Shown here in pieces: positions 46,850 to 60,858 of a DNA stretch of 64,000 bases. This DNA is from the human T2T-CHM13v2.0 reference genome, Homo sapiens. The notes under the pieces are model-generated. The model saw only the letters and a program-made list of their open reading frames with translations. It did no database searches and was not told the DNA's origin. Positions within the stretch are counted from its first letter, which is position 1, and every line of letters starts with the position of its first letter. The stretch lies in NCBI RefSeq assembly GCF_009914755.1, contig NC_060927.1; one strand, written 5' to 3'. The translations under genes were made by a program, and so were the position numbers.

Positions 46850-47960
46850 ACTTCCTGGAATGACCTAATCACCTCCCGTCTCTATCTACTACCAATTCCC
46901 CGGCCTTAGATTGGGCTTTTGTGTCTCTTTCCCGTGTTGCAATGTCCTTCCAACAGGTCATCCTTCTCCTTTCAATACATCTCCACCTTAGATTCTTAAA
47001 ATGCAAGTCTGATTATGTCAGCCTTCTACTTGAAACTCTTTATTGGCTACTCTTTACCTATTGTATAAAGTCCAACCTCTTGGCCACGGCATACCAGATC
47101 ATTCATTACCTGACTAAGCTTTTATCTCTAATCATGTCTGCATGACCCCAGAGGGACTGAAATTCCAAGCAGGCAAGTTCTTTGAGAGCCATCACTTTGA
47201 AAATGCTATTTTGTTCTTCTGGTATGCCCTCTTCCCTCCCTCCCTCCTTACCTACCCAAGTGTGCCTGGCATATTTGAGGAATATCAGGAAGACAGCACT
47301 GAGGCAAGAGTAAAGTGAGTGAAGGGAAGACTATTAGGAGATTAGGTGGCAGACAGAAAATGAGGCAGATCATGTAGGACCTTATGCTTTGAGTAATATG
47401 GAATGTCACTGGAAGGATTCTAGCAAATAATTGGTATGATCTGTTTTGTATTTTAAAGGCTCACTCTGGCTTCCATGGTGAGAATGTCTGTGAGAGTGAG
47501 AAGCGTGAGAAGAGCAAAAGCAGAGAGACCAATTACGAAGAAATTACATTAACCTGAGCAAGAAATTAGTGTGGAAGCAGTGAAGATGGTGGGAAGTTGC
47601 CAGATTCTGGATGTGTTTTGAAACTAGAAGCAATAGGATTTGCTGGTGAATTGATGTAGGTGTGACAGAATGAAGAAATCAAAGATGACCCCCATGTTTG
47701 GGGTCAAAGGAATTGGAAAATTGGAGTAGCCATTTACTGAGATAGAATAGAAAGAGCATGTTTGCAGAGAATAGGAGCAAATTAGAAGTTCAATCCTGGA
47801 AATGTTGAATTGAGATGCTTATTAGACACTCAAGTCAGGATGCCTTGTAGACAACTGGATGTTTTAGTCTGGAATTCAAGGGGGAGGCTGCAACTACATA
47901 AATTAACTCAGAAGTTGTCAACACATAAGCATTATTTATAAGTGAGTATAGATAAAAAAG
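46850..47960. mobile_element. L2 LINE fragments (sense ~46850-47260, antisense ~47260-47960)
   Basis: 'aaatgcaagtctgattatgtca...taaagtccaacctc' and 'aggatttgctggtgaattgatgtaggtgtga...aatcaaagatgacccc' L2 motifs. Confidence 0.75.
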
Positions 47961-48399
47961 AGGAATGTTAACACATAAAAAGCACTAAAAATGTGAAATG
48001 AATAAATGAATGAATAATACTGAGATCCCAACTTACACAACAATACTAAAGTTTCATATGAGTATCATTAGAGAGATTTCATTCTTCACCATATTCTCTT
48101 ATGAAAAATCTGTTTGCAATTCTTCTTTCCAATGACACACTACTAATGAAATTATTTATGAGGCTAATATAGACATGGGCATACAATTATCTGTTTGAAT
48201 ATTGAATTACTAACGTCTTATTATTCCGTGCCTTAGTGGCATATACAGTATTTGCAAAAAAAAAAAAAAAAAAAAAAAATCAATACATCAATACGATGAG
48301 GCTGTCAACTGTTAGATGGCTATCACTGCTAAAAGAGGTATTTCAGCATATTAAAAATTTGTCACATCCTCACATGATGGCTAACAGTTTCCAGTGTGC

Positions 48400-48595
48400 T
48401 TTATCATCCATTATCTCTGTTTGACTTTGAACCTCATGACATCCAAATACTAGGCAGGTCAGTGTTATTATCCGTGATTTAAATTTTGAGAAACTAAGGC
48501 TCAGGAGGTGAAGTGATTTACTTGAGCTGATGAATGGGTCATCATGGTTTGAATCCTGGTAGTCCAAGTGACTGCTCCTCTTCAACTTGCCACCT
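48400..48595 (-). mobile_element. MIR SINE
   Basis: 'gagaaactaaggctcaggaggtgaagtgatttactt...ggtttgaatcctgg'. Confidence 0.65.
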
Positions 48596-48632
48596 TTCTG
48601 AAAAGCCCGAGGTCCTGCTCATCCTTAGCTGC

Positions 48633-49009
48633 TGATATGGTTTGGCTGTGTCTCCACCCAAATCTTATCTTGAATTGCAGTTCCCATAATCCCCATGTGT
48701 TGTGGGAGGGACCAGGTGGTGATAATTGAATCATGGGGGGCAGTTCCCCCATCTTGTTCTCATGGTAGTGAGTTAGTGCTAACGAGATCTGGTTGTTTTT
48801 ATAAGGGGCTTCCCCATTAGCTGGGCATTCATTCTCCTTCCTGCTGCCATGTGAAAAAGGATGTGTTTGCTTTTCCCTTCCACCATAATTGTAAGTTTCC
48901 TGAGGCCTCCCCAGCCATGCTGAGCTGTGAGTCAATTAAACCTCTTTCCTTTATAAATTACCCAGTCTCGGGTATGTCTTTATTAGCAGCATGAGAACGG
49001 ACTAATAGA
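48633..49009 (+). mobile_element. THE1 (MaLR) solo LTR
   Basis: Canonical start tgatatggtttggctgtgtc and end 'cagcatgagaacggactaataga'; TSD gctgc/ggtgc. Confidence 0.95.
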
Positions 49010-49479
49010 GGTGCCAAACCAATGAATGGCACAGGATGACAAGTAGTATAGGTCTTTTTTACATTTCAGATTGAAGACTAAGGAAATAAATGGTCTTTAC
49101 TGGGCACCATTCAGTAGGTCAGATGCTCTGTGTGTGGATCTGGGTTTAATCACTAGACACCCTCAGGCAGGGGATCTTGAGCTTTCCGAAGAGGCACTGA
49201 AGGGGAGGAGAATGATGACCCCAAGAATGTGTCTGGACTCAGCTTGAGAGGCACCTTCCACTCAACCCCATCACCCACTTAGCTCTTGCCACCTTTGATT
49301 TGAGATGTGTTCCCATAGATGCCAACACATTAACATTTTATCTTGCTCTTCAATCTTAATCCCTTAGACGCCTTCCTTTTGTTAACTAAGTTTCTGAGTC
49401 CTACTCACACATTCCCATGCATCCAGTTGCAGATGATCTATTTTCAATTTCAATAACCTATCCTCAATAATGATAGTTC

Positions 49480-49730
49480 AGAATAAGAACATATATCATT
49501 GATTTTATACTTTTATATACACTTGGCCTTTGCTCATGTTATCTAAGCTGGACAACAATCATATTAGAAAGGCATTATTTTTCTATTTTAAAAATGAGAG
49601 AACTCAGAAAAACTAAAACATTCTTTCCTATGATCACAAAGCTACTAATAATTGGAAGAGTTGGGATATGAACTCAATGAACATATAAATCCAAAGTCTA
49701 AGCTTTCCCTAATTACACTACCACCTCCCC
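49480..49730 (-). mobile_element. MIR SINE
   Basis: 'ctattttaaaaatgagagaactcag...gatcacaaagctactaa...gggatatgaactca'. Confidence 0.55.
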
Positions 49731-52700
49731 TCATCATGACCCTTTGCTACTTTCCATAAGACAATATCAAACATGAGCCAAACTGTAGTCTACTTCATCC
49801 TCTGGATGAGATTAATTTGCTTCTTCTTTCTGCCTTAAAAGAGTCAACAAGTTTTTCCATGGTCCTCTCCCATCTTCTAGCCCCACATTCCCACCAACCC
49901 CCGCCCCCAACCCAGGAATTGCCAAACCCTGATACAATTAGTGAAGTTCAGGAATGAATGAGATATCTTTACAACAGCCTGATTGAAAGAAACTTCTATG
50001 TTTCTAAAAGGCAAGAGATTCAATTTTGTACCAGACACTAAATCTGTCTCTCAAACAGGACCCATAAATCTCCACCAAAACTAAAAGATATACTTTATTG
50101 GAGAACCTCTTTCAGTTAATACATCCAATCCATTGTCTGCTTCATATTTAAGGTTTCTATGTGGCATATGGCTGGAGAAGAGAGAACAGGGTGGGTGGAG
50201 TTTCCATCCTGAGGTTCAGCCTTCACAGGTGTGCCTGCTGCTCTTCTCCACGCAGATGCCATGCATGCTGAGGAGACTCATAAAAGAACAGGGTTAGTAA
50301 TGCACAGTCTCGAGCTACCTGACTTAAACAGGCATCATGGGGAGAAATTTAATTCACACCCTGACATTCTTATGCCTCTTTTCTATAATGGGTTTTTATC
50401 ACATAAAGGAGCTCCTCAGCCAGTTGAAAATCATTGCCTTGTTAATGAATTATGATTGTGGGGCACTCTGGAATGCTATGTTGATTGTGATGTTAATAGG
50501 TACAAAGATACACAATGTACAGCTCAATAACCATTACATTAATGTCTAGTTTAAAGTTTATTTCGGATATCATCATTATGAAGGAGAAAGTGACCCATAG
50601 GACACAGCCACTGGGAAAAGTAAAGCTCACTTATAAGTGTGCAGGCATGTAAAAGCCACTTGCTTCTCCCTAGCTTCATTCCTCATGAAATGTGCACAAC
50701 ACTGAGTTTGCACAGCTAGGCCCATTGAATAATCAAAGAGAAGGTTTCACTTGGGATAAAATTGGCATGCAAAGCATGAATGGGAACAAAGTCACACTGT
50801 CATTTCAATTTACTGACGCAGTGATACAACAAACACATCATTCACCATGAACTGCATTAAGACTCCTGAAGCAGAAATACTGGAGGTGCTCAAGTATCAC
50901 AATGTCAGTAATTTCACACAAATATACTCAAATGATGTGCTCCTCACCATTCATTTTCCAAACTACCATGGGTTGTGTTTGGCAAGCTTATAGGCAAGAT
51001 ATTTAGATGGTTATTTTCATCTTTTCCTCTCTGACCGAGTTATGATAGTAAAAAGCCCTGTTGATAATCTCCTTGGCTACAACTTCTTCTTTTGTGTTGG
51101 CTCTTAAATATCTCAAAAGTTAAAAAATTGGGGTGGGAGGAAGAAATGGCTGGAAAAGTGAAACATGGAGCCTTAATAAGAACTCAGATTTTTAAACTGT
51201 TAGAAAACAGTTTGATGATAAAGAATTCAGGAAAATGCAGGACAAAAAAACAAAACAAAAAAAAAAACAAGAAATACAGACTTCAAGTTTCTAATTAGAG
51301 TTTAAAACCAGCCTCAAAACTTGCGACATAAGCTCAGTCAGGTACCTGACCATTTTGCTATAACCCCTCCATCTTAACCTCTAAACTCTCTAAACTGGGG
51401 AGTAGTTCCGTATATAAAAGTGTTTGGTGGGATGAGCTTGGGATTTGTAGAGAACTCCAGGTTTGAATCCAGTCAAGAGATAGCGACATAGCGCCACTTT
51501 TCTGCGATGCAAATTATAGACAATAAAGGTCTGTAAAGCACTAGAGAATACGAATTGTTATATAGAGATAGAGTGACCAGATTTCTTAGCAAGCTAATAG
51601 GTATTCTGCTTATTTATTTATTTGTTCACTCATTCACTCATTCATTTATGTACTCATTCTGGTAAGGAAACTTTTCCCAGTAATTCACATCAATAATGAA
51701 CCAAACAGAGAGATATTTGTTTTTTAGAAAGAAAGCTATGATTACAGTAGAGTTTATTCATTGGTTAGAAGAAAGGGGGAAGGAGGGACAAAGGAAAGAA
51801 GGAACCAGCATGGAACTGGTGATGTTTGAGCTGTGTTGTCAAGATGGACTCTCAGGGGTTATAACAAAAAAGGCCAGATGCAGGGGGAGCAACCTGAGCA
51901 AGCAGGAAAGGGTTAGAGTGCTCACGTGACCAGGGACCTCATTTGATCCATGTGTGGGGCCATGTTGAAGTTAAGCATGACTGGGGAAAGATCAAATCTT
52001 GAAGCTCTTATGTGTCATATTAAGAGGTGTATGCACTCTCCTCTAAGTCAGTCGTTCTTCATTCTTGCTGCACACTACACTTCGGGAGTTTTTGAAAAAT
52101 ACTCAGAACCCAACCCAAAATATTTGATTTATTTGGTTTGGGGATAGACTCGAGGTTGGAATTTTCAGTGCTACTCACAGATAGCTAGGGATCACCACCA
52201 TGCTACAGAGATGGAGTTATGCAGAGGATGTTTAAGCAAAGATATGTCAAGGTCAGTTTCGTGTTTTACAAAGACAAGTCCAGCAGATGTGTGGAGAGTG
52301 GATCGAGAAAGGTGAAAACCAAGTAGAAGATTAACATAGTGTATTATAGCAGTGATTTTCAAACTGTGGTTCACCAAAGCTCTAAGGTTTTATGGAGTTT
52401 CTGCAAAGGTTGTAAAACACTTGCTTTCAATTTGCTTTTTAAAATATTTGCTTAATTACTATTAAAAAGAATAATTGACAAAAATTCAATGTGATATAGA
52501 TCAAATTTTAATACATCAGGGATGGCTGAATTTATGTTTCCAATTTAATTCAATAAAGATGCTCCTGAAATCTTAACTGATGAATAGCTTGGAATTATAT
52601 GGCAAGCTACTAAAAAAGCAGGAAAAAGAAAAAGTCATCAGGCTACAGAATTTTTTAAAAGTATGTGCTATCAAAACAATACACATTAAATGTTGATGAC

Positions 52701-52819
52701 AAATCGCAACACACAATTCCAGATTTCAGGTGTTTTGTGTTCTGCACACTCATCCTTACACATGACTTTTTTTTACCTTGTGCATTTACTTTCTTTAAAA
52801 AAGTGGTAATATACACATA

Positions 52820-53690
<871 letters not shown>

Positions 53691-53919
53691 ACTTTTAATA
53701 AGTAAAAGCTATACATTGGAAAATAAATGTATCCACATAAAAAGCAGCTTTATCTATTTTATAAAACAGAATTCTACATAAGCACTTGATTCATAAAGGG
53801 TAGGGAGGGATCTGCTGCTTTGGAGAGACAGGAAAGGGAGGATGGGGACTTCAGGACAGAGATGGTAGGAATGAAGGGCAAGGGCAGACATCTCTCAGAG
53901 AGGTTAATGAGGTGATTTT

Positions 53920-54580
53920 GTTGGTTCCAAGTCTTTGCTAGTGTGAATAGTGCTGCAATAAACATGCGTGCATGTGTCTTTATAGTAGAATGATTTATAA
54001 CCCTTTGGGTATATACCCAGTAATGAGATTGCTGGGTCAAATGGTATTTCTAGTTCTAGATCCTTGAGGAATCACCACACTGCCTTCCACAATGGTTGAA
54101 CTAATTTACACTCCAACAGTGTAAAAGCATTCCTATTTCTCCATATCCTGTCCAGCATCAATGATAGACTAGATAAAGAAAATGTGGAACATATACACCA
54201 CGGAATACTATGCAGCCATATAAAAGGATGAGTTCATGTCCTTTGCAGGGACATGGATGAAGCTAGAAACCATCATTTTCAGCAAACTAACACAGAAACA
54301 GAAAACCAGACACCGCATGTTCTCACTCAAATGTGGGAGTTGAACAATGAGAACATATGGGCACAGTGAGGGAAACATTACATATGGGGGCCTGTCAGGG
54401 GGTTGGGGGGGAAGGGGAGGGATAGCATTAGGACAAATACCTAATGCAGATGACAGGTTGATGGGTGCAGCAAACCACCATGGCACATGTATACCTATGC
54501 AATAAACCTGCACGCTCTGCACATGTACCCCAGAACTTAAGTATAATAAAAATAAATAAATAAATAAAAATTTTAAAAAT
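53920..54580 (+). mobile_element. 5'-inverted (twin-primed) truncated L1PA7/8-like element
   Basis: Antisense segment 53920-54159 joined to sense 3' end 54156-54580; TSD aggtgattttgtt at 53910-53922 and 54583-54595. Confidence 0.93.
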
Positions 54581-55388
54581 GAAGGTGATTTTGTTAAGGT
54601 CTTTAGAACCTCCCCACAACTACCACTGGTCTTTTTAATGAATGTGGCCCCGTGAGGGGTTTTTCAGTCGTACGAAAATAACACAAACCTCTTTGGATAG
54701 CATAATCTTGAGGTCAGTGAATATCCCTGTCCACAGCTGACTCAGAAAGAACACTTCTACAAGAAGTATAGAAAAATTAAACATTGCATTACTTTCCTGG
54801 CCTTTCCTCAGGAGGGGCCCTCCTTTTGAGTCACAGGGTAAAGGAAGTGTACAGAAAAGTTCCTCATTCTATTTTACCTAGAGGCCTTGGTGGCTTCTCG
54901 GATATTCTTAAAGTTACACCACCGCCAATAAATTCTGCATTGTGCTTTGAAAAAGCAGATTACCTAAGATTTCCATGTTAGTACACAGGGTTTCTATCAG
55001 AAAGAGTTGAAAACTAACAGTGGCACTCTCAGGCAATTAGCTGGGGCCACAAAGGAACAAAGGCAACAGAAGAAAAGCCATTATGCAAATACCTGGCCAG
55101 GAATTGTCTGACCATTTTGAGGAGCCTTGGCAAAGAATTGGAAGAGAGCAGGTAAATTAAAGGGTTTTCTGCCAGACTGAATTATTAGATCTCTCTATAA
55201 TGAATAACAGGCTTCTGCATGATTTTTCCTCAACAGGTTTATTGACTGCCTTGATATGATAGAGGAGAGAGGTATAAGAAGGATAGATCCAGGATAATAC
55301 CCTAATATCACCACTCAGATGACTTAGCTGGTATGGCAGAGACCTGGAATATAGGGGAAAGTATGACTTTGGAGAATTAGAAGAGATT

Positions 55389-55432
55389 GCCAATCTAGGG
55401 TAACTATCTCGCCAATCTAGGGTAACTATCTC
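55389..55432. repeat. Perfect 22-bp tandem duplication (gccaatctagggtaactatctc x2)
   Basis: Read directly. Confidence 0.95.
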
Positions 55433-55559
55433 CTATGCCTATAGAGCAGCATGAACCCAGAGGGATATAGGGCAGAAACCAGAATCATTCATCCCCCTCC
55501 CCACAAAAAAATATATATATCGATTTTTTTTGGTGATTTACCTACTATATGCCTGAATA

Positions 55560-56950
55560 ATTCTGATTTAGTTAATAGCTTCAGTGAAATAAAGCTTTAG
55601 GAAATAGAATAAACACGGTCCAAATCCTCAGAGAGTTCCTAGAAAATGTGACAGACAAGGAATCAGCAATTACAATAAAGGGGGTCAATAAAAAAATAGC
55701 CATTACTGCAGAGTCCTGTGGGACACTTAGGACAAGCCCTACTACAGCTCTGGGTACTGGGAGGTTCGGGGGTGGGGGGAGGAGTGATATGTAAGCAAAG
55801 CCAGAGGGACAAGGAGGAGCCAGCCAGGTGGAAGGGAAGAATGGGAGCAGCAGCAGGTACGAGGGTCCTGCAGCTGGAGAGAGGAGGCAGGGTGAGTAAA
55901 GGACTGTAGCTTAGTAGGACAAGTATGAAGTGAGTGGGTTGACGTTGGTGAGGTTCTCATATTTTACAAACACCAAAGCCATCAGGAGGGTAGGACAGAC
56001 AGCTGAGCCTACCCCCAGCGTTTCTGATGTTATAGTGCTGGTGAATTTGCAATTTGAACAAGTTCCCAGATGACACAGATGCAGCTGGTCTGGGGACCAC
56101 ATACTGAGAACCACTAATGTAGAGAATATATTGGAGTTAGAGATTGGAGGGGGTGGGAAGCACATCTTCCAAAACAGGTGGCCATTATAGTAAGAGATAG
56201 TGACAGCCTGGATGAGTAACGTGGGAGAGGTGATGGACTGTGGTCAAGGTGTAGAACTGAGAGTTCTCAGTGACTAATTGGATATGGCAGGTGATGAGGT
56301 CTTTGAAGTGTGTAGTCAGAAGGATTATGTTACTCCCTGGGGCAGGGAAAAAATGAGGAAGAGATGGGACAGAAAAATGGCATTTGGGTCCTGAGGGTGG
56401 TGCTTATAAGTCTCATAAGTAGAATGTAATAATCAAGTGTAAGTTATTTCAAATGTATATATCAGATTTACACAAAGCAGGTAGTTAAATATATGTTATT
56501 AAGGAGCTAAAAGAAATAGAAAAATGGACAGAGACACAGGTCAGGGATCTGGGAAGGTATGGAGATAGAGATTAAAGCTGTAGAAATAGCCCAGAGAGAA
56601 CATGTAGATAAAAAGAGAAGCCCTAGAACAAATTTTTGAAAAAAGAAATGGGTCATTTGAGAAATGGGCAAAGGAAGGAAGGAAGAAATGGGCAAAGGAA
56701 GGAAAAAAGGAAGACCCAAAAGGTCAGGAGAGGCAATCAGAAGTGCTCAAGAAATGAACAGAATAGAAGAGAACATTTCCAGGAGGAGATGATGCTCTAC
56801 AACTGCAGAGAGGACCAACAAGAGAGGGTCACAGACATCCATTGTCTTCAGGAACATGGGAGAGTTGAGACCATAGGGAGAGCATGTTAGTTGAATGATA
56901 AGCAGGGTAACCAGATGCAGTACTGACGTGATGATACTGTATTCTAGGCA
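55560..56950 (-). mobile_element. Fragmented L2 LINE
   Basis: Purine-rich L2-type remnants ('gtgactaattggatatggcaggtgatgagg'); low similarity. Confidence 0.45.
55947..56076. mobile_element. MER5A hAT DNA transposon
   Basis: 'aacaagttcccagatgacacagatgcagctggtctggggaccacatactgagaaccact' terminal motif. Confidence 0.85.
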
Positions 56951-58276
56951 GTGGAGGGTCTGTTGGGAATTGGAAATTCTACTGCTTATTCTCAAGTTTA
57001 AGCACCTTCATTCTGTGTTCAGGGACATTTGAAAATTTCATGTCTAGGGGAAAGCAACCATGAAGGCTGGTAAGTGAAACTGACATTGCACATATACTGG
57101 TCTAAAAGGAAGAGTATCAGTGACACAGTTCAAAGCCCTGGAGCAAGAGTTCTCACACTGAGGAGACACAGAACCACCCCAAGGCAACTGTGGCAGCCGT
57201 TTCCCGGAGACACAGCAGGCTACCCCAACATGGCTCTGCTCACCTCTTTCTCTAAAGGGCATCCTGTTTCTGATCTTAGTCTTTCATCACCTCATACTCA
57301 GTGTGTCCTCATTCCCTGCCCACCTCCCCCCAGTACTCTCACCCCTTTGGAACAAAGCAGATGGGAATGCTGTTCCTTGCTAAATAAGCACTGTTTGCAG
57401 GTGAGAAAGGAAATTAAACCACAGAACTGACATGCAACTGGAGTGGAGTGAGTTATATGAAGTCCTGATGGACAAAGTCAGATATGATCAAGAGAAATTA
57501 CAAAATTAATTCCAAAATATGGAAAATAATGCTACAAACAAAGTTTCACAGAGTAAAATTCAATACAAAAAACATGCTGAAAGAAGCAATTGAAGTGGTT
57601 TAAAAAAAAAAAAAAAGCACACAGTGTAACCCAGAACCATGAATATTTTATAGCATGCAGCCAACAGCATTTCAAAATGTCTGAAATCCACATCATTTTC
57701 TCCTCATAACCTAAAATTACCCTATGGTTTTAGTGCAAACATTCAAGTCTGATTTTAAATGGTTTATGAATATTTTTAAATGAACTAAAGAAATATAAAT
57801 GGAATTTACAAGTTTGGAATTACAAGATTTGGTTTTTAAAATTATGAAAATCCAGAAAAATCTCATTTTCACCAATACCTGCTAGCACTTCCCTTGCCAA
57901 ATCATTCATCTGATTTATTAGTGACTAATGATACTCATTCTGAAGTTACTTGCCTTGTATGAGAAAGCATAGAATCTGGTCCTGCTGCTGGCTAACTTAT
58001 TTGACACAAAGTAAATCATTTAAATCAATCAGTTTCCCAGTAAGTAAAATTATTCAATTTGATTAGGCAATCTGTAAGTTCCTGGCTAGCCTAAGAATTC
58101 TGAAAACATGACACATTATACTCATAACTGTGATATAATAGCTTATGACCAACAGAATCATAAAACTGATGAAAGCTTAGACAATATTCAATTTGCCCCA
58201 TTTGTTTTACTGATCTATAAAAAGAAGTCCCCAAAGATTTATGTCTGGCCTAAGGTCAAGTAGTTTTTTTAGGACC

Positions 58277-60289
58277 TGCTACAGACTGAATGTTTGTGTT
58301 CCCCTAAAATTCATATTTTGAAATATTATGGTATTAGGAAGCAAGACCTTTGGTTGGTGATTAGGTTGTGAGGACCAAGACCTCATGAATGGGATTAAAG
58401 CCCTTATAAAAGAGCTCTGAAGAGCTCTCTCACCCTCTTTCATCACATGAGGACACAACCAGAAGATGACCAGACACTAAATCTATCAGTGCTTTGATCT
58501 AGGACTTCCCAGCCTCTAAAGCTGTGGAGAAATAAATTTCTGTTGTTTATAAAAGCTACTTAGTCTGTGGAATTCTCTTATAGCAGCCCAAACTGACTAA
58601 GACAGAAAATTGGTCCCAAGAAGTGAACGTGCTGCTGTAACAAATACCTTAAAACGTATCTTAAAACAGGATAAAGGGTGGAGGCTGAAAGAGTTTGTAT
58701 GTACATGCTAGGAAAAGTTTGCATTGCCATGAATAGACCTTTAAAGGTGATTCTGGTACAGGCTCAGAAAGAAAAGCAGCATAGAAAGCCTCAGTCTTCC
58801 TATGGAATAGCTAAGTATCATGAACAGAATATTGGTAGACATATAAACAGCAAAAGTCAGACAGAAATGAGGAATATTTTATTGGAAACTGGAGGAAAGG
58901 TGATCTTTTTTATAAAGTGGCAAATAATTTGGCTGAATAGTGTTTATGTTCTAGTGCTTTGTGGAAGATAGAACTTGCAAGCTTTGATATTTAGCTGAAA
59001 TAATTCCCAAGCAAAGTGTTAAAAGTACAGCTTGGTGCCCCCTGGCTTCTTACAGTAAAATCTAAGAGGGAAAATGACATAACAATAGAATTGTTAGGCA
59101 AAAAGGATCTAAACTTAAAGATTTGGAAAATTTGCAGCCATCCATATTGCAAAAATTGAGAAAAAATGTTTGGAACACTAAGGGTGTGGCCTAGTGACCA
59201 TTTGATAAGATTTGTGTGGGCATAAACTGTAGATTTAATCAGCCACCCCAGAAGGAATACCACCAGTTTGAACTGAAGGGGAAGGAGATAGGAAGGAATG
59301 AAGGGAGGCTGTCAGACTTCTTACGTCTTATAGGACAGGACCAATCTTATAGATACGTTTTATAGTATAGGACCTATTCAGCTGCAAATGTGCACTATTG
59401 AAGACAAGGGAAGAAGAACCCCAAAAGCAATTCAAATATCATCAGAGATGCCTCTTCAGTTACAAAAAGTGGAGCCATTGCCTGAGTTTCAACTGGTTAG
59501 ACAGGTTCTGCCCAAAGCTGTGGGTCCATAGAGAGGTACCTCCCCAACTAGTGGACCTAGAGGGCAGAGCCACAAGCCAAAGAGGATTATTCTGCAGCTG
59601 TAAGACCTCATGAAGTTTCCCTTGTAGCCTGGACTTATTTTGAATGTGTTATGCCTTTCTTCTTTCCTATTTCTTTTTTTTTTTTTTTGTGGAAATTTCT
59701 TTCCTTTGTCTGAGCCATCTTTGAATTTTGGAAGTACATAATTTGTTTGGTTTCACAAGCTCACAGCTGGAGAGCAATTTGTCTCTGGATGAATCATACC
59801 TTGAGTCTCACCCATCTCTGGGGCTATGATGATCCCTTTAATGTATTTTGCATGTAAGAAGGACATGATTTGGGGGTGGGGGCAGAAGCTGAATAATATA
59901 GATTGAATGTTTGCATCCCCCCCACCAAATTCATAAGTTAAAATCCTCATCCCTAATATGATGGTATTAAGAGGTAAGGGCCTTTGGTAGGAGAGTAAGT
60001 CACAAGGGCAGAGCCCTTACAAATGGGATTTGAGCTATAGAGAAAGCTTCAATCTCGGGAAATACAAGATGAGATACCAGAAAGCTCTCTCTCCCCTTCC
60101 ATCATGTGAAGACACAGCAAAAAGACAGCCATCTATGAACCAATAAGTAGTCCCTCACTAGACATTGAATCTGCCAGCACTTTGATCTAGGACTTCCCAG
60201 CCTTCAGAACTGTGAGAAATAAATTTCTGCTGTTTATAAGCAACCCAGCTTATGGTAGTTTATTATAGCAGCCTGAATAGACTAAAACA
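58277..60289 (+). mobile_element. Complete MaLR element (MLT1A-like): 5' LTR 58277-58604, internal 58605-59893, 3' LTR 59894-60289
   Basis: Two homologous LTRs, internal start 'gaaaattggt', G-rich polypurine tract before the 3' LTR, perfect 5-bp TSD ggacc at 58272-58276 and 60290-60294. Confidence 0.92.
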
Positions 60290-60827
60290 GGACCAGGTCC
60301 AAGGTCAGATTTAGGACGAGTGTTATTTCCACTGGAGCATATTCCTCTTAAAGAGAGGTTAAGACAACACAAAGAACTGAATATAGAAACTTAATGGTGA
60401 TTCGGGTGTAAAAAACATCGGGGCAGGTATACAGTGCAGTGGCAAAGGGTTAGATCTCCTAGAAGAAAGATATTTTGACGGAGCCCTAAAGATTCTGAAA
60501 CATGTGGAAAGGCTAAGTTGATAATAAATTAAGAAATCAAAAGACAGGCAGGATTGTGGATGGAGTATGTCAGTGGTCATTTAAAATCCATGTTTTTGTT
60601 TTTAAAATGCCTGCAAACCTCTTCAAACCTCTGATTACAACAACCTGTTAACTTCTTGTTCTAGACTGCCCAGATTTCAGGACTACAGAGTTGTGTTTCT
60701 CAGTCTCTGTAATGTAGGCATTGTATCTTATCTGAGAGTTTATATACAGGATTGCCAAGGTAGTGATCAAAGTAAATGCAATTGTCAATTTAATTAGCAT
60801 TAGTCCCTCCAAATTCATTGTGCATGC

Positions 60828-60858
<31 letters not shown>
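60828..60858. repeat. (GT)n microsatellite
   Basis: Read directly. Confidence 0.9.

Noticed and set aside
48256-48279. Isolated poly-A run as a retrocopy tail (likewise poly-T at 23716-23737)
   Set aside because: No flanking TSD or properly spaced poly(A) signal found; treated as simple homopolymers
52350-52780. Possible Charlie/hAT transposon fragment
   Set aside because: Only one terminal-like motif ('cagtgattttcaaactgtg') seen; family and extent could not be supported
54385-54421. G-quadruplex-like G-tracts (also 35550-35577)
   Set aside because: Standard G-rich tract of the L1 3' UTR, not locus-specific
56661-56704. 24-bp-period duplication gaaatgggcaaaggaaggaa (and a 14-bp one at 46463-46489)
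   Set aside because: Ordinary slippage in low-complexity purine-rich sequence; no sign of function
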